The notes under the pieces: model-generated
What the model was told of the DNA's origin: nothing
Databases searched by the model: none
Seen by the model: only the letters and a program-made list of their open reading frames with translations
Origin: Planctomycetota bacterium
GTDB taxonomy: Bacteria; Planctomycetota; UBA1135; UBA2386
Assembly (NCBI GenBank): GCA_965228735.1
Contig: OZ245838.1
Span: forward strand, 6,176,001 to 6,240,000
Length of the DNA: 64,000 nt
Direction of reading: 5' to 3'
Translations under genes and position numbers: made by a program
Shown here: piece after piece, positions 55,932 to 64,000 of the stretch
Layout: every line of letters begins with the position of its first letter
How positions within the stretch are numbered: the stretch's first letter is position 1

Positions 55932-56387
55932 ATGGAGCTTCTTCTCAAGCACAACATCGAGCACCTGGGCCGCATCGGCGACGTCGTCGACGTCAAGCCC
56001 GGCTACGCCCGGAACTACCTCCTGCCCCAGGGCTTCGCGGTCCCCGTGACGCAGAGCAACGTCGCCGAGATCCAGGCCGCGCGCGCCGCGGCGCTCGTCG
56101 AAGAGCAGGGGCGCATCCAGGCCTACAAGGACCTCGCGGGCCAGCTCAACGACATGTCGATCACCGTCGAGGGCAAGGCCAACGACGAAGGTCACCTGTT
56201 CGGTTCGGTCACGGCCGCGAACATCGCCGCCTCGCTCCGCGAGAAGGAGATGCCGGTCGAGGAGCGTCACATCCGCCTCGAGCAGCCGCTCAAGGAGATC
56301 GGCGTGTTCGACGTCGTGGTGCACCTGCACACGGACGTCGAGGCGACGATCAAGGTCTGGGTCGTCCAGCAGAAGCCCGAGGCCTGA
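55932..56387 (+). CDS. rplI: 50S ribosomal protein bL9
   Basis: LGRIGDVVDVKPGYARNYLLP and LFGSV motifs. Confidence 0.97.
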   Translation: MELLLKHNIEHLGRIGDVVDVKPGYARNYLLPQGFAVPVTQSNVAEIQAARAAALVEEQGRIQAYKDLAGQLNDMSITVEGKANDEGHLFGSVTAANIAASLREKEMPVEERHIRLEQPLKEIGVFDVVVHLHTDVEATIKVWVVQQKPEA

Positions 56388-56460
56388 GCGCCCGGGCGCG
56401 AGCCGGCGGCGCGGGGTGGCCCGCGGCGTCCGGCTGCGTGTGACACCACGCGAGCCCCTC

Positions 56461-57807
56461 GTGAACGAAGCGATCCGCGTCTCCCTCGTCAGCCTCGGCT
56501 GCGCGCGCAACCTCGTCGATTCCGAGGTGCTGCTGGGGCATGCGGTCGAAGAGGGGCTGCAGGTGGTCACGGACGCCGAGGACGCCGACGTCGTCGTCGT
56601 CAACACCTGCGGCTTCATCGACAGCGCCAAGCAGGAGTCGATCGACACGATCCTGTCGGTCGCGCGCCTCAAGCAGGAAGGCTCCCTCAAGGGCGTCATC
56701 GCGGTCGGTTGCCTGGCGCAGCGCTACGGCGACGACCTCGCCGCGCAGGTGCCCGAGCTCGACGCCGTCTTCGGCCTCAGCGACTACTCGGCGGTGCCGG
56801 GCGTCGTGCGCAAGATCGTGAACGGCAGCGACCGGCGCTGGGTCGCGACCGTCGATGGCGGCAAGCCGAAGGGGCCGCGCAGCGACCAGAAGCGCGTGCT
56901 GCTGACGCCGCACAGCTTCGCCTACCTTCGCATCAGCGAAGGCTGCGATCACACCTGCACGTTCTGCGCGATCCCGTCGATGCGTGGGCGCAACCGCAGC
57001 AAGCCGATCGACGTGCTCGTCGAGGAGGCCGAGACACTCGCCGCGGCCGGGGTCAAGGAACTGGTCGTCGTCGCCGAGGACAGCACCGCCTACGGCCTCG
57101 ACATCGACCGGAAGCGTCGGATCCACGAGCTGCTCGAGCGGCTCGCCGAGGTCGACGGCATCCGTTGGATCCGGCTGATGTACGCGTACCCGCACACGGT
57201 CAGGCCCGAGCTCACGACGTTCTTGCGCGAGCACGAAAAGGCCGTGAAGTACCTCGACATCCCGATCCAGCACATCAGCGGATCGATGCTCAAGGCGATG
57301 AAGCGCGGGGTATCGAGCGAGCAGGTGCGCGGCATCCTCGATCGGCTGCGCGACGAGGTGCCCGGGATCGCGGTGCGCAGCACGCTCATCACGGGCTTTC
57401 CCGGCGAGACCGAGGCCGACTTCGCGGCGCTGCGTGACCTCGTCACCGACTACCGCTTCGAGCGACTCGGCGTGTTCACCTACTCGCGCGAGGAGACGAC
57501 GCCGGCGCACGACCTGCCGGACCAGGTGCCCGAGGAGGTCGCGGAAGCCCGCGCCGCCGAGCTCATGGAATTGCAGCGCGGCGTGATGAACGAGTTCCAG
57601 AACGGCCTCGTCGGGCGCACGCTGCCCGTCCTGCTCGACGGTCACGACGAGAGCGGCGAGTTCGTCGTCGGACGCACCTGGGCCGACGCCCCCGAGGTCG
57701 ACTGTCGCGTGCTGCTCGCGAGCGGCGCGGGCGCGCCCGGTGAGTTCGTCGACGCCGAGATCGTCAGAGCCGGCGATTACGAGCTGGTCGGCGAGGTGCG
57801 CCCGTGA
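56461..57807 (+). CDS. rimO: Ribosomal protein S12 methylthiotransferase
   Basis: SLGCARNLVDSE, NTCGFI, CDHTCTFC radical-SAM motif and DAPEVD. Confidence 0.95.
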   Translation: MNEAIRVSLVSLGCARNLVDSEVLLGHAVEEGLQVVTDAEDADVVVVNTCGFIDSAKQESIDTILSVARLKQEGSLKGVIAVGCLAQRYGDDLAAQVPELDAVFGLSDYSAVPGVVRKIVNGSDRRWVATVDGGKPKGPRSDQKRVLLTPHSFAYLRISEGCDHTCTFCAIPSMRGRNRSKPIDVLVEEAETLAAAGVKELVVVAEDSTAYGLDIDRKRRIHELLERLAEVDGIRWIRLMYAYPHTVRPELTTFLREHEKAVKYLDIPIQHISGSMLKAMKRGVSSEQVRGILDRLRDEVPGIAVRSTLITGFPGETEADFAALRDLVTDYRFERLGVFTYSREETTPAHDLPDQVPEEVAEARAAELMELQRGVMNEFQNGLVGRTLPVLLDGHDESGEFVVGRTWADAPEVDCRVLLASGAGAPGEFVDAEIVRAGDYELVGEVRP

Positions 57808-58370
57808 ACATCCCTAATCTGATCACGACGGCGCGGCTCGCGATCACGGCGCTCGTGTTCCTCTGCCTCGAGCTCGCGGGGCAGCCGGTCCACGCGACGC
57901 TCGCGTGGACGGCGTTCGCGCTGTTCCTCGTGGCCGCGGTGACCGACTTCCTCGACGGCTATCTCGCGCGGCGCTGGAACATGGTCACCGCGTTCGGCCG
58001 CATCGCCGATCCGTTCGCCGACAAGGTGCTCATCACCGGCACGCTGATCACGCTGCTGCAGTTCCCCGCCGCGACGGGCATCCTGACGACCTGGTACGTG
58101 GTCGTCGTCGTCGCGCGCGAGTTCCTCGTGACCGCGATCCGCGGCGTCGTCGAAGCCAGCGGCACCCCGTTCCCGGCGGATCGCCTCGGGAAGTACAAGA
58201 TGCTCGCGCAGTGCTGGACCTGTGCCGCGCTGCTCACGATGGTCGCCGGCTCTTCGGTCTGGGTCTGGGCCGCCGAGTGGGGCTTCTGGATCAGCCTGGC
58301 GCTGACGGTCGTGTCCGGTCTCAACTACGTCTGGAAGGCGCGCAAGATCGTGCTCGCCGGCGCGATCTGA
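57804..58370 (+). CDS. pgsA: CDP-DAG--glycerol-3-phosphate phosphatidyltransferase
   Basis: NIPNLIT, TDFLDGYLAR...FGRIADPFADK and REFLV motifs. Confidence 0.95.
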   Translation: MNIPNLITTARLAITALVFLCLELAGQPVHATLAWTAFALFLVAAVTDFLDGYLARRWNMVTAFGRIADPFADKVLITGTLITLLQFPAATGILTTWYVVVVVAREFLVTAIRGVVEASGTPFPADRLGKYKMLAQCWTCAALLTMVAGSSVWVWAAEWGFWISLALTVVSGLNYVWKARKIVLAGAI

Positions 58371-58382
58371 CGGCCCCGACTC

Positions 58383-58907
58383 ATGTCCATCCTCGATCGG
58401 TTGCGCTGGTGCCTGATCACGAGCTTCGGGCTCGGGCTCTCGCCGTTCGCGTCCGGGACCGTCGGCACGCTCGGCGGCGTCGCGCTCGCGGTCGGTCTGC
58501 AGTGGGGGCTCACGCCGGCGACCCTGCCCGAGGCGTCGCCCGACCAGTGGCCGGCCATCGTCGCGTGGTCGATCGCGGCGGTCGTGCTCTTCGTCTACGG
58601 CTCGCTCGAGACGAAGTTCGTCGAGCGCACGTGGCCGAAGAAGGACCCGGGTCAATTCGTGCTCGACGAGGTCGTCGGTTACCTCGTCACGGTGATCGTC
58701 TATGCGCTGCTCGCCGGCAAACTGCCGTTCGCCGTCGGGCACTGCGCGGCGTTCTTCGCGTTCCGCGCGTTCGACGTGCTGAAGATCCAGCCCTGCAAGA
58801 AACTCGAGGATCTGCCCGGGGCCTTCGGCATCATGGCGGACGATCAGGTGGCCGGCGTCTACGCGGGGCTGTCCATGTGGCTCGTGCTGCCCCTGTTGGG
58901 GTATTGA
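58383..58907 (+). CDS. pgpA: Phosphatidylglycerophosphatase A
   Basis: ASGTVGT, DPGQFVLDEVVG, FRAFDVLK and GIMADD motifs. Confidence 0.93.
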   Translation: MSILDRLRWCLITSFGLGLSPFASGTVGTLGGVALAVGLQWGLTPATLPEASPDQWPAIVAWSIAAVVLFVYGSLETKFVERTWPKKDPGQFVLDEVVGYLVTVIVYALLAGKLPFAVGHCAAFFAFRAFDVLKIQPCKKLEDLPGAFGIMADDQVAGVYAGLSMWLVLPLLGY

Positions 58908-58938
58908 GCGCCGGACCCGGCGCGGCTGGAATCTGACC

Positions 58939-60072
58939 ATGGCGAGACGCGGCAAGAAGACGACGGGCAAGCTCCACACCGGCCTCGCGCTGGCGGTCGG
59001 CGCGATCGGGCTGCTGGGCGGCCTGCTCGTCGCCGTGGCGCTGATCCAGAACCTCGGCGGGTCGATACCCGAGGAGGAGAGCGACGCGATCGGCCGCGCC
59101 TGGGGCATCGGGTTGCTCATGGCGTTCGTCTGCGGCGGCGTCTGCGCGACCTCTGCCTGGGTGCTCGGCAGCAAGATCGGCTCCCGCATCACCGACATCG
59201 GGCTCGCCGTGAGCAAGCTCGGTCGCGGCGGCTCCGAAGTGCGCGTGCGCAACAGCGGCAACGACGAGGTGTTCGCCCTCGGCCGTTCGGTGCAGTACCT
59301 CGCGAACGATCTCGCCGAGCTGCTCGCGAGCCAGGACGAACAGGGCGGCGGCCTCGTGACGATGGACCCGCTCGTGAAGCAGCTGCGCGATCTCACGCTG
59401 CCGAACGGCTTCGCCCAGATCGACGGCTTCGAGGCGGACGGCGCGATCGGCAACGGCTCGCGCGGCGGGCTCGACTACTTCGACTTCGTCGACCAGAGCA
59501 GTGACGGCGAGTCGGCCGCCGTGATGTACCTCGTGAGCGGTGAAGGCCACGGTGCGCTCGCGGTGTTCGCCTGCCGGCGCGCGCGCGACGAACTGCAGCG
59601 CGCGCTCGAGCAGGGTGCGACCCCGCGCCGCGCGCTGGCCCATACCAACAAGGTGCTGAAGCAGACGTTGCCCTCCGGATGCTGCGCGAAGGCGACCCTG
59701 CTGCAGCTCAAGGACGGCAACGCCAAGCTCTACCAGGCCGGCGCGCAGACGCCGCTGCTCATCTGTCAGCGCGGCGACGTGCTCGAGCTCAACGCCGAGG
59801 GCATCGCGCTCGGACTCGACGACGGGCCGGTGTTCGAGAAGTCGCTGCGTCCGCAGGAGATCGCGATGAGCCCCGGGACACGGCTCGTGCTCGGCAACGA
59901 CGCGATGCACCGCAGCGAGGGCGTACTCGATCTGCTGCGGCAGCACGGTCCGCGCCACACCAACATGTTCATGAACATGGTGCTCGGCAGCATCGAGCAG
60001 GACGCCGGTGACGACGGCCTGCGTGAGGACGTCGTGATCCTGACCGCGAAGAAGACGGGCCAGGACGGATGA
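58939..60072 (+). CDS. Membrane HAMP + SpoIIE/PP2C-like domain protein (degenerate motifs)
   Basis: Two TMs, HAMP-like DEVFALGRS, GGLDYFDF, AGAQTPL, GIALG and EDVVIL motifs. Confidence 0.75.
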   Translation: MARRGKKTTGKLHTGLALAVGAIGLLGGLLVAVALIQNLGGSIPEEESDAIGRAWGIGLLMAFVCGGVCATSAWVLGSKIGSRITDIGLAVSKLGRGGSEVRVRNSGNDEVFALGRSVQYLANDLAELLASQDEQGGGLVTMDPLVKQLRDLTLPNGFAQIDGFEADGAIGNGSRGGLDYFDFVDQSSDGESAAVMYLVSGEGHGALAVFACRRARDELQRALEQGATPRRALAHTNKVLKQTLPSGCCAKATLLQLKDGNAKLYQAGAQTPLLICQRGDVLELNAEGIALGLDDGPVFEKSLRPQEIAMSPGTRLVLGNDAMHRSEGVLDLLRQHGPRHTNMFMNMVLGSIEQDAGDDGLREDVVILTAKKTGQDG

Positions 60073-60383
60073 GCGCGGAAAAGCCGGAGCGCCCGGCGGC
60101 CGAAGGCTCGTTCCAGCGCCTCATCGAGGACATCTACTTCGAGCGTGACAGCGAGCGGGGGGTGCAGGGCACGCTGCTCTGGTTCGTGGAGGAGGTCGGC
60201 GAGCTCGTGCGCGCGATCCGCCGCGGCGAGCGCGATAACCTCGAGGAGGAGTTCGGGGACGTCTACGCCTGGCTCGCCACGCTCGCATCGATCCACGGCC
60301 TCGATCTCGAGGCGGTCGGGCGAGCCAAGTATCAGAACGGCTGCCCGCGGTGTGAGTCGACGCCGTGCAGCTGCCCGCACTGA
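60069..60383 (+). CDS. MazG-like nucleotide pyrophosphohydrolase
   Basis: EEVGEL...EEFGDV..W and terminal CPRC...CSC. Confidence 0.9.
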   Translation: MSAEKPERPAAEGSFQRLIEDIYFERDSERGVQGTLLWFVEEVGELVRAIRRGERDNLEEEFGDVYAWLATLASIHGLDLEAVGRAKYQNGCPRCESTPCSCPH

Positions 60384-60499
60384 CGGCCGCCGTGCCAGCG
60401 GGACTTGCGGGCTGCGGGGCCGCGCCGGAAAGTCTTCGAATCTTCGCTACCCGCTTCCGTATCCGCGTGGAGTCGAACCCGCTCTAGAATCGCCGCGCT

Positions 60500-62575
60500 A
60501 TGGCCGACGCACAGCCTCCCTCTGACAGCCCGTTGCCCGACTGGGAAGCGTTCTATCGGGACTACCGTAAGCCGGGTTACGTCCAGGGGTTCGAGGTCAC
60601 CAGCAAGCTCGGCGGCGGCGCGTTCGGCCTCGTCTTCCGGGCGCGGAAGGAATCGATCGGCAAGGACTACGCGATCAAGTTCCTCAAGGTCGAGGACACC
60701 GAGGTGCGGCAGGCCGTGCTGCGCGAGCTCGAGCAGGTGCAGTACTTCGCCCAGGTCGACCACCCCAACCTCGTGCAGATCGAGGACCGCGGTGAGGTCG
60801 ACGGGATCCCGTTCCTCGTGATGCAGTACGCGGGCAGCGAGACGCTGCGTGACCGGCTGCCGAGCGACGGCAACGTGCCGACGGCCGAACAGCGCGACGA
60901 GCTGCTGCGCTACCTCTTGCAGGCGTGTCGCGGCGTCGCGGCGCTGCACGAACGCTCGCTCGTCCACTTCGACCTCAAGCCCGCGAACGTGTTCCTCAAG
61001 GGGCCGGTCGCACGCGTCGGTGACTACGGCCTCAGCAAGCTCGTCACGCACTCGCGCGGCAGTCTCACGATGGGCCGGGGCACGCCGTACTACATGGCGC
61101 CCGAGATGCTGCAGCGGCGCGGCGATCATCGCAGTGACGTCTACTCGCTCGGCGTCATGCTCTACGAGATCCTCTGCGGCCGGTTGCCGTTCCAGGGCGA
61201 CAGCGAGTGGGAGGTCCTGCGCAAGCACGAGAAGGACGAGGCCGAGTGGCCGGCGCACCTGACCGCGGCCGATCGCGCCGTGCTGCAGCGCTGTCTGCAG
61301 AAGGATCCGGCGGCCCGGTTCCAGAGCGTGCACGACCTCATCACCGCGCTCGGCGCGCCGGCGGGCGTCGCGGCCGCGGCGTGGGACGACGTGCGCAGTG
61401 GCGTCGGCTTCGAGACGAACGCCGGCGCTGCCGGCGCGCCGCCGCCCTTCCCGGGAGCGAGTGGCCCCGAAACGACCGGCGCGACGCCGCCGCCGTTCCC
61501 TGGCGATTCGGCGACCGGGGATGCCGGTCAGACGGCGGGCGAAGATCCGTACAAGGGTCTGAAGGAGGCCGGCAAGGAGGCCTACAAGCACGCCCGCAAG
61601 ATCGCGCAGGACGCGATGAAGAGCGCGCGGGACTTCTCCGAGAAAGCCAGCCGCAAGGCCCGTGAGGTGATGGGGGACACGGCGAAGGAAACGCGGGCGG
61701 AGCACCGGCGCCGGTTCCAGGAGTGGCGCGAGAGGCGCGCCCGGCAGCGCGCCGAGAAGGCGGCGGCGCAGTCGATGCCGCCGCTGCCGAAGCGCAAGCG
61801 GTCCGCGGCGTGGCTCCTCCTGTTGCTGATTCCGGTTGGCGTAGCTGCCGCCGGTATGTTGTTCCTCGTCGCCGCGCCGCGGTCGGGCGGTCCGCAGATG
61901 ATCTACCACGGCGGTTCGGCCACGGCGGCGGCGTCGAACAGCCGCTCGACGCAGTCGTGGCGCGCGTTCAACGGCTATCGCGCGGACGGGACCCGGGTCA
62001 GCCAGCTCTTCGACGAGTGGCACGTGCCGGGCAAGCTCGTCGACGAGGTGTCGCACCAGGAACCGGCGTGGGCCGCGTCGTTCGATCACGATCGGCAGAA
62101 GGCGAAGCAGCAGCTCGATCTGCACTGGGCGAAGGTGCGGCGGTACGCCCCCTACAAGTCATCGCGGCGCAAGCGCGACGTGCCGGTGCCGGAGTTTCGC
62201 CGCTTCGAACTGGAACCGTCGCATCGGGTCGCCGTGCGCGAGTTCCTCGCTCTGCCCGAGTACCACGCGGACGCCGCGGCGCGGATCGTCCGGGATGCGC
62301 CCGGATCCCTGGTCGCCGTCGCGCAGAAGCTCGACGAGATCGGCAACCAAGGCTACCGCGATCGCGGCGACTACGAGCGGGCGTGGCGGTTGCACAAGGT
62401 GCTCGTGCAGGCCACGGGTTTCGACGCGATCGAGTTCGAGGACAGCAAGCGGCTGTCGCTGCGCGAGAAGGCCAAGCGCAACCGCCAGCTCGGCGCGGTG
62501 TGGCTGTGGTTCCTCCACGAGGTCGGCATGACCGAACGGTCGTGGCGCGCGTTCCAGAAGCTCTACGGCCGTTGA
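60500..62575 (+). CDS. Membrane Ser/Thr protein kinase
   Basis: LGGGAFGLV, YAIK, HFDLKPAN, DYG, GTPYYMAPE motifs and TM WLLLLLIPVGVAAAGMLFLV. Confidence 0.92.
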   Translation: MADAQPPSDSPLPDWEAFYRDYRKPGYVQGFEVTSKLGGGAFGLVFRARKESIGKDYAIKFLKVEDTEVRQAVLRELEQVQYFAQVDHPNLVQIEDRGEVDGIPFLVMQYAGSETLRDRLPSDGNVPTAEQRDELLRYLLQACRGVAALHERSLVHFDLKPANVFLKGPVARVGDYGLSKLVTHSRGSLTMGRGTPYYMAPEMLQRRGDHRSDVYSLGVMLYEILCGRLPFQGDSEWEVLRKHEKDEAEWPAHLTAADRAVLQRCLQKDPAARFQSVHDLITALGAPAGVAAAAWDDVRSGVGFETNAGAAGAPPPFPGASGPETTGATPPPFPGDSATGDAGQTAGEDPYKGLKEAGKEAYKHARKIAQDAMKSARDFSEKASRKAREVMGDTAKETRAEHRRRFQEWRERRARQRAEKAAAQSMPPLPKRKRSAAWLLLLLIPVGVAAAGMLFLVAAPRSGGPQMIYHGGSATAAASNSRSTQSWRAFNGYRADGTRVSQLFDEWHVPGKLVDEVSHQEPAWAASFDHDRQKAKQQLDLHWAKVRRYAPYKSSRRKRDVPVPEFRRFELEPSHRVAVREFLALPEYHADAAARIVRDAPGSLVAVAQKLDEIGNQGYRDRGDYERAWRLHKVLVQATGFDAIEFEDSKRLSLREKAKRNRQLGAVWLWFLHEVGMTERSWRAFQKLYGR

Positions 62576-62611
62576 TCGTATTCGGCGCTGAGCAGGAATC
62601 TGGCGGCCCGG

Positions 62612-64000
62612 CTACTTCTTGTCGGCCTCCCAGGCGTTGTTGCCGCGATCGGCATCGAGCGCCTGGATGTCGGGATCGATCACGACTGCCGCTGCCTTGC
62701 CGTTGAACTCGAGCACGGCCGTGCGGCTCTTCTGCCAATGCGCCGGATCGATGCGTTGGCGTGCGCTCGTCCCGTCCGTGAACGTCGCCTCGACGATCGT
62801 CGGCATCAGCGCGCGGCCGCGGTCTTCGACGGTAACGATGGTCTTGTTGCCACTGGCCTGCACCTCCGCGATCGCGTGGTCCAGCGCCCACTTCTCGAAG
62901 AACCACGTGCGGAAGTACGGCTCGAGGTCGACGCCGGCGTGGTCCGAGAACGTGTGGAAGAAGTCGTACGGCATCGGGTGCTTGAACGCCCAGTCCGCTG
63001 CGTAGCGCTTGAAGCCATTGAAGAACACGTCGTCGCCGAGCAGCCCGCGCAGCTGGTGCAGGATCGCTGCCGGCTTGCTGTAGCTCGCGAAACCGAAGCT
63101 CTCGGTGCCGTAGGTGTCACCGTGACGCATGCAGACGATGTCGCCGCCGCGCCGGACCACGTTGCCGTAGCCCATGACGGCGCGCTGCGGCCCGACGCTG
63201 CGGCCCGTGAAGTCGTCGCGGCACAGCGTCGTCCAGAACGACGTGAAGCCCTCGTCCTGCCACGCGTAGCGCTTCTCGTTGCTGCCGACGAGCATCGGGA
63301 ACCACATGTGGATCAGCTCGTGCGCGATCGTGCCGGCCGGTCGGCGCCCGCCGATGATCGTCATCATCGGGAACTCCATGCCGCCGCCGATGATGCCCTC
63401 GCACGCCGTCATCTGCGGCCACGGGTACGGATGCACGTTCTCCGACATGTACTCGATCGTGTGCCGCGCATACTCGGCGCCGCGGACCCAGTCGCCGGCG
63501 TTGGTCTCGTAGACCGAGTGGATCATGCACGTGCCGTCCTTGCCCTCGCCGTGCTTGTCCTTCACCACGGCGTGGCACGCGTCCCACACGTAGGTGCGCG
63601 CGATGCTGACCGCGGTGTCGCGCACGTTCTCGGCACGGAACTTCCAGGTCAGCTTGCGCTTGCCCTTCTTCGTGACGAGCCCGGCCTCGAGATCGTCGGC
63701 GCTGATGATCGGCACGATGTCGCGCGACGTCTTCGCCTTCTCGAGCTGCTTGATTGCCTTCTTCGTCAGCACCTCTTTGGCGTTCTGCAGCTCACCCGTC
63801 GCGCGCACGAGGTAGCCCTTCGGCGCGGTGATCGCGAGGTCGTAGTCGGCGTAGCCCATGTAGAACTCGCCGTTGCCCTTGTAGGGGTCCGCGACCCAGC
63901 CGGCGACGTCGTCGTAGACCGCGAACTGCGGATACCAGTAGGCGAGGTAGAACACGTCCTCGCCTTCCCAGCCGTTGCGGGGCGCGGTCCCGGCCTTCGG
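62612..64000 (-). CDS. M1-family aminopeptidase (5' end beyond window)
   Basis: GGMEFP, HELIH, WQDEG and YSKPA motifs. Confidence 0.92.
   Translation of the reverse strand, partial: PKAGTAPRNGWEGEDVFYLAYWYPQFAVYDDVAGWVADPYKGNGEFYMGYADYDLAITAPKGYLVRATGELQNAKEVLTKKAIKQLEKAKTSRDIVPIISADDLEAGLVTKKGKRKLTWKFRAENVRDTAVSIARTYVWDACHAVVKDKHGEGKDGTCMIHSVYETNAGDWVRGAEYARHTIEYMSENVHPYPWPQMTACEGIIGGGMEFPMMTIIGGRRPAGTIAHELIHMWFPMLVGSNEKRYAWQDEGFTSFWTTLCRDDFTGRSVGPQRAVMGYGNVVRRGGDIVCMRHGDTYGTESFGFASYSKPAAILHQLRGLLGDDVFFNGFKRYAADWAFKHPMPYDFFHTFSDHAGVDLEPYFRTWFFEKWALDHAIAEVQASGNKTIVTVEDRGRALMPTIVEATFTDGTSARQRIDPAHWQKSRTAVLEFNGKAAAVVIDPDIQALDADRGNNAWEADKK

Overview
Very GC-rich chromosomal window (about 70% or more, estimated by eye). 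Gene content and style suggest a Planctomycetota bacterium; this is inference from the ECF sigma/Ser-Thr kinase pair, DUF1570-like and prenyltransferase-repeat proteins and the many secreted proteins with a shared C-terminal module. About 60 CDSs. There are two housekeeping blocks: aroF-tpiA-secG-yicC-gmk-coaC-prmA/rsmJ and glmU-prs-rplY-pth-rpsF-rpsR-rplI-rimO-pgsA-pgpA. Accessory content: a D-hydroxyproline/opine-dehydrogenase-type triad, an OmpR-family two-component system divergent from a HEAT-repeat gene, an ECF-kinase-TPR-DUF4331-HupE/UreJ cluster, and surface-polysaccharide genes interrupted by a 5 kb toxin-antitoxin hotspot (two ParDE-type pairs each preceded by the same 52-bp repeat, one RHH-PIN pair, one orphan antitoxin). 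Non-coding structure: a family of long palindromic elements, a MITE-like inverted repeat, and tandem micro-duplications centred on stop codons. The best candidates for undescribed biology are (i) a C-terminal domain shared by unrelated secreted proteins, possibly a sorting signal, (ii) the repeat-delimited TA cassette array and (iii) the kinase-linked DUF4331/HupE system. No rRNA, tRNA, CRISPR array, integrase or transposase was found. All family assignments come from motif recognition by eye; no searches were run.
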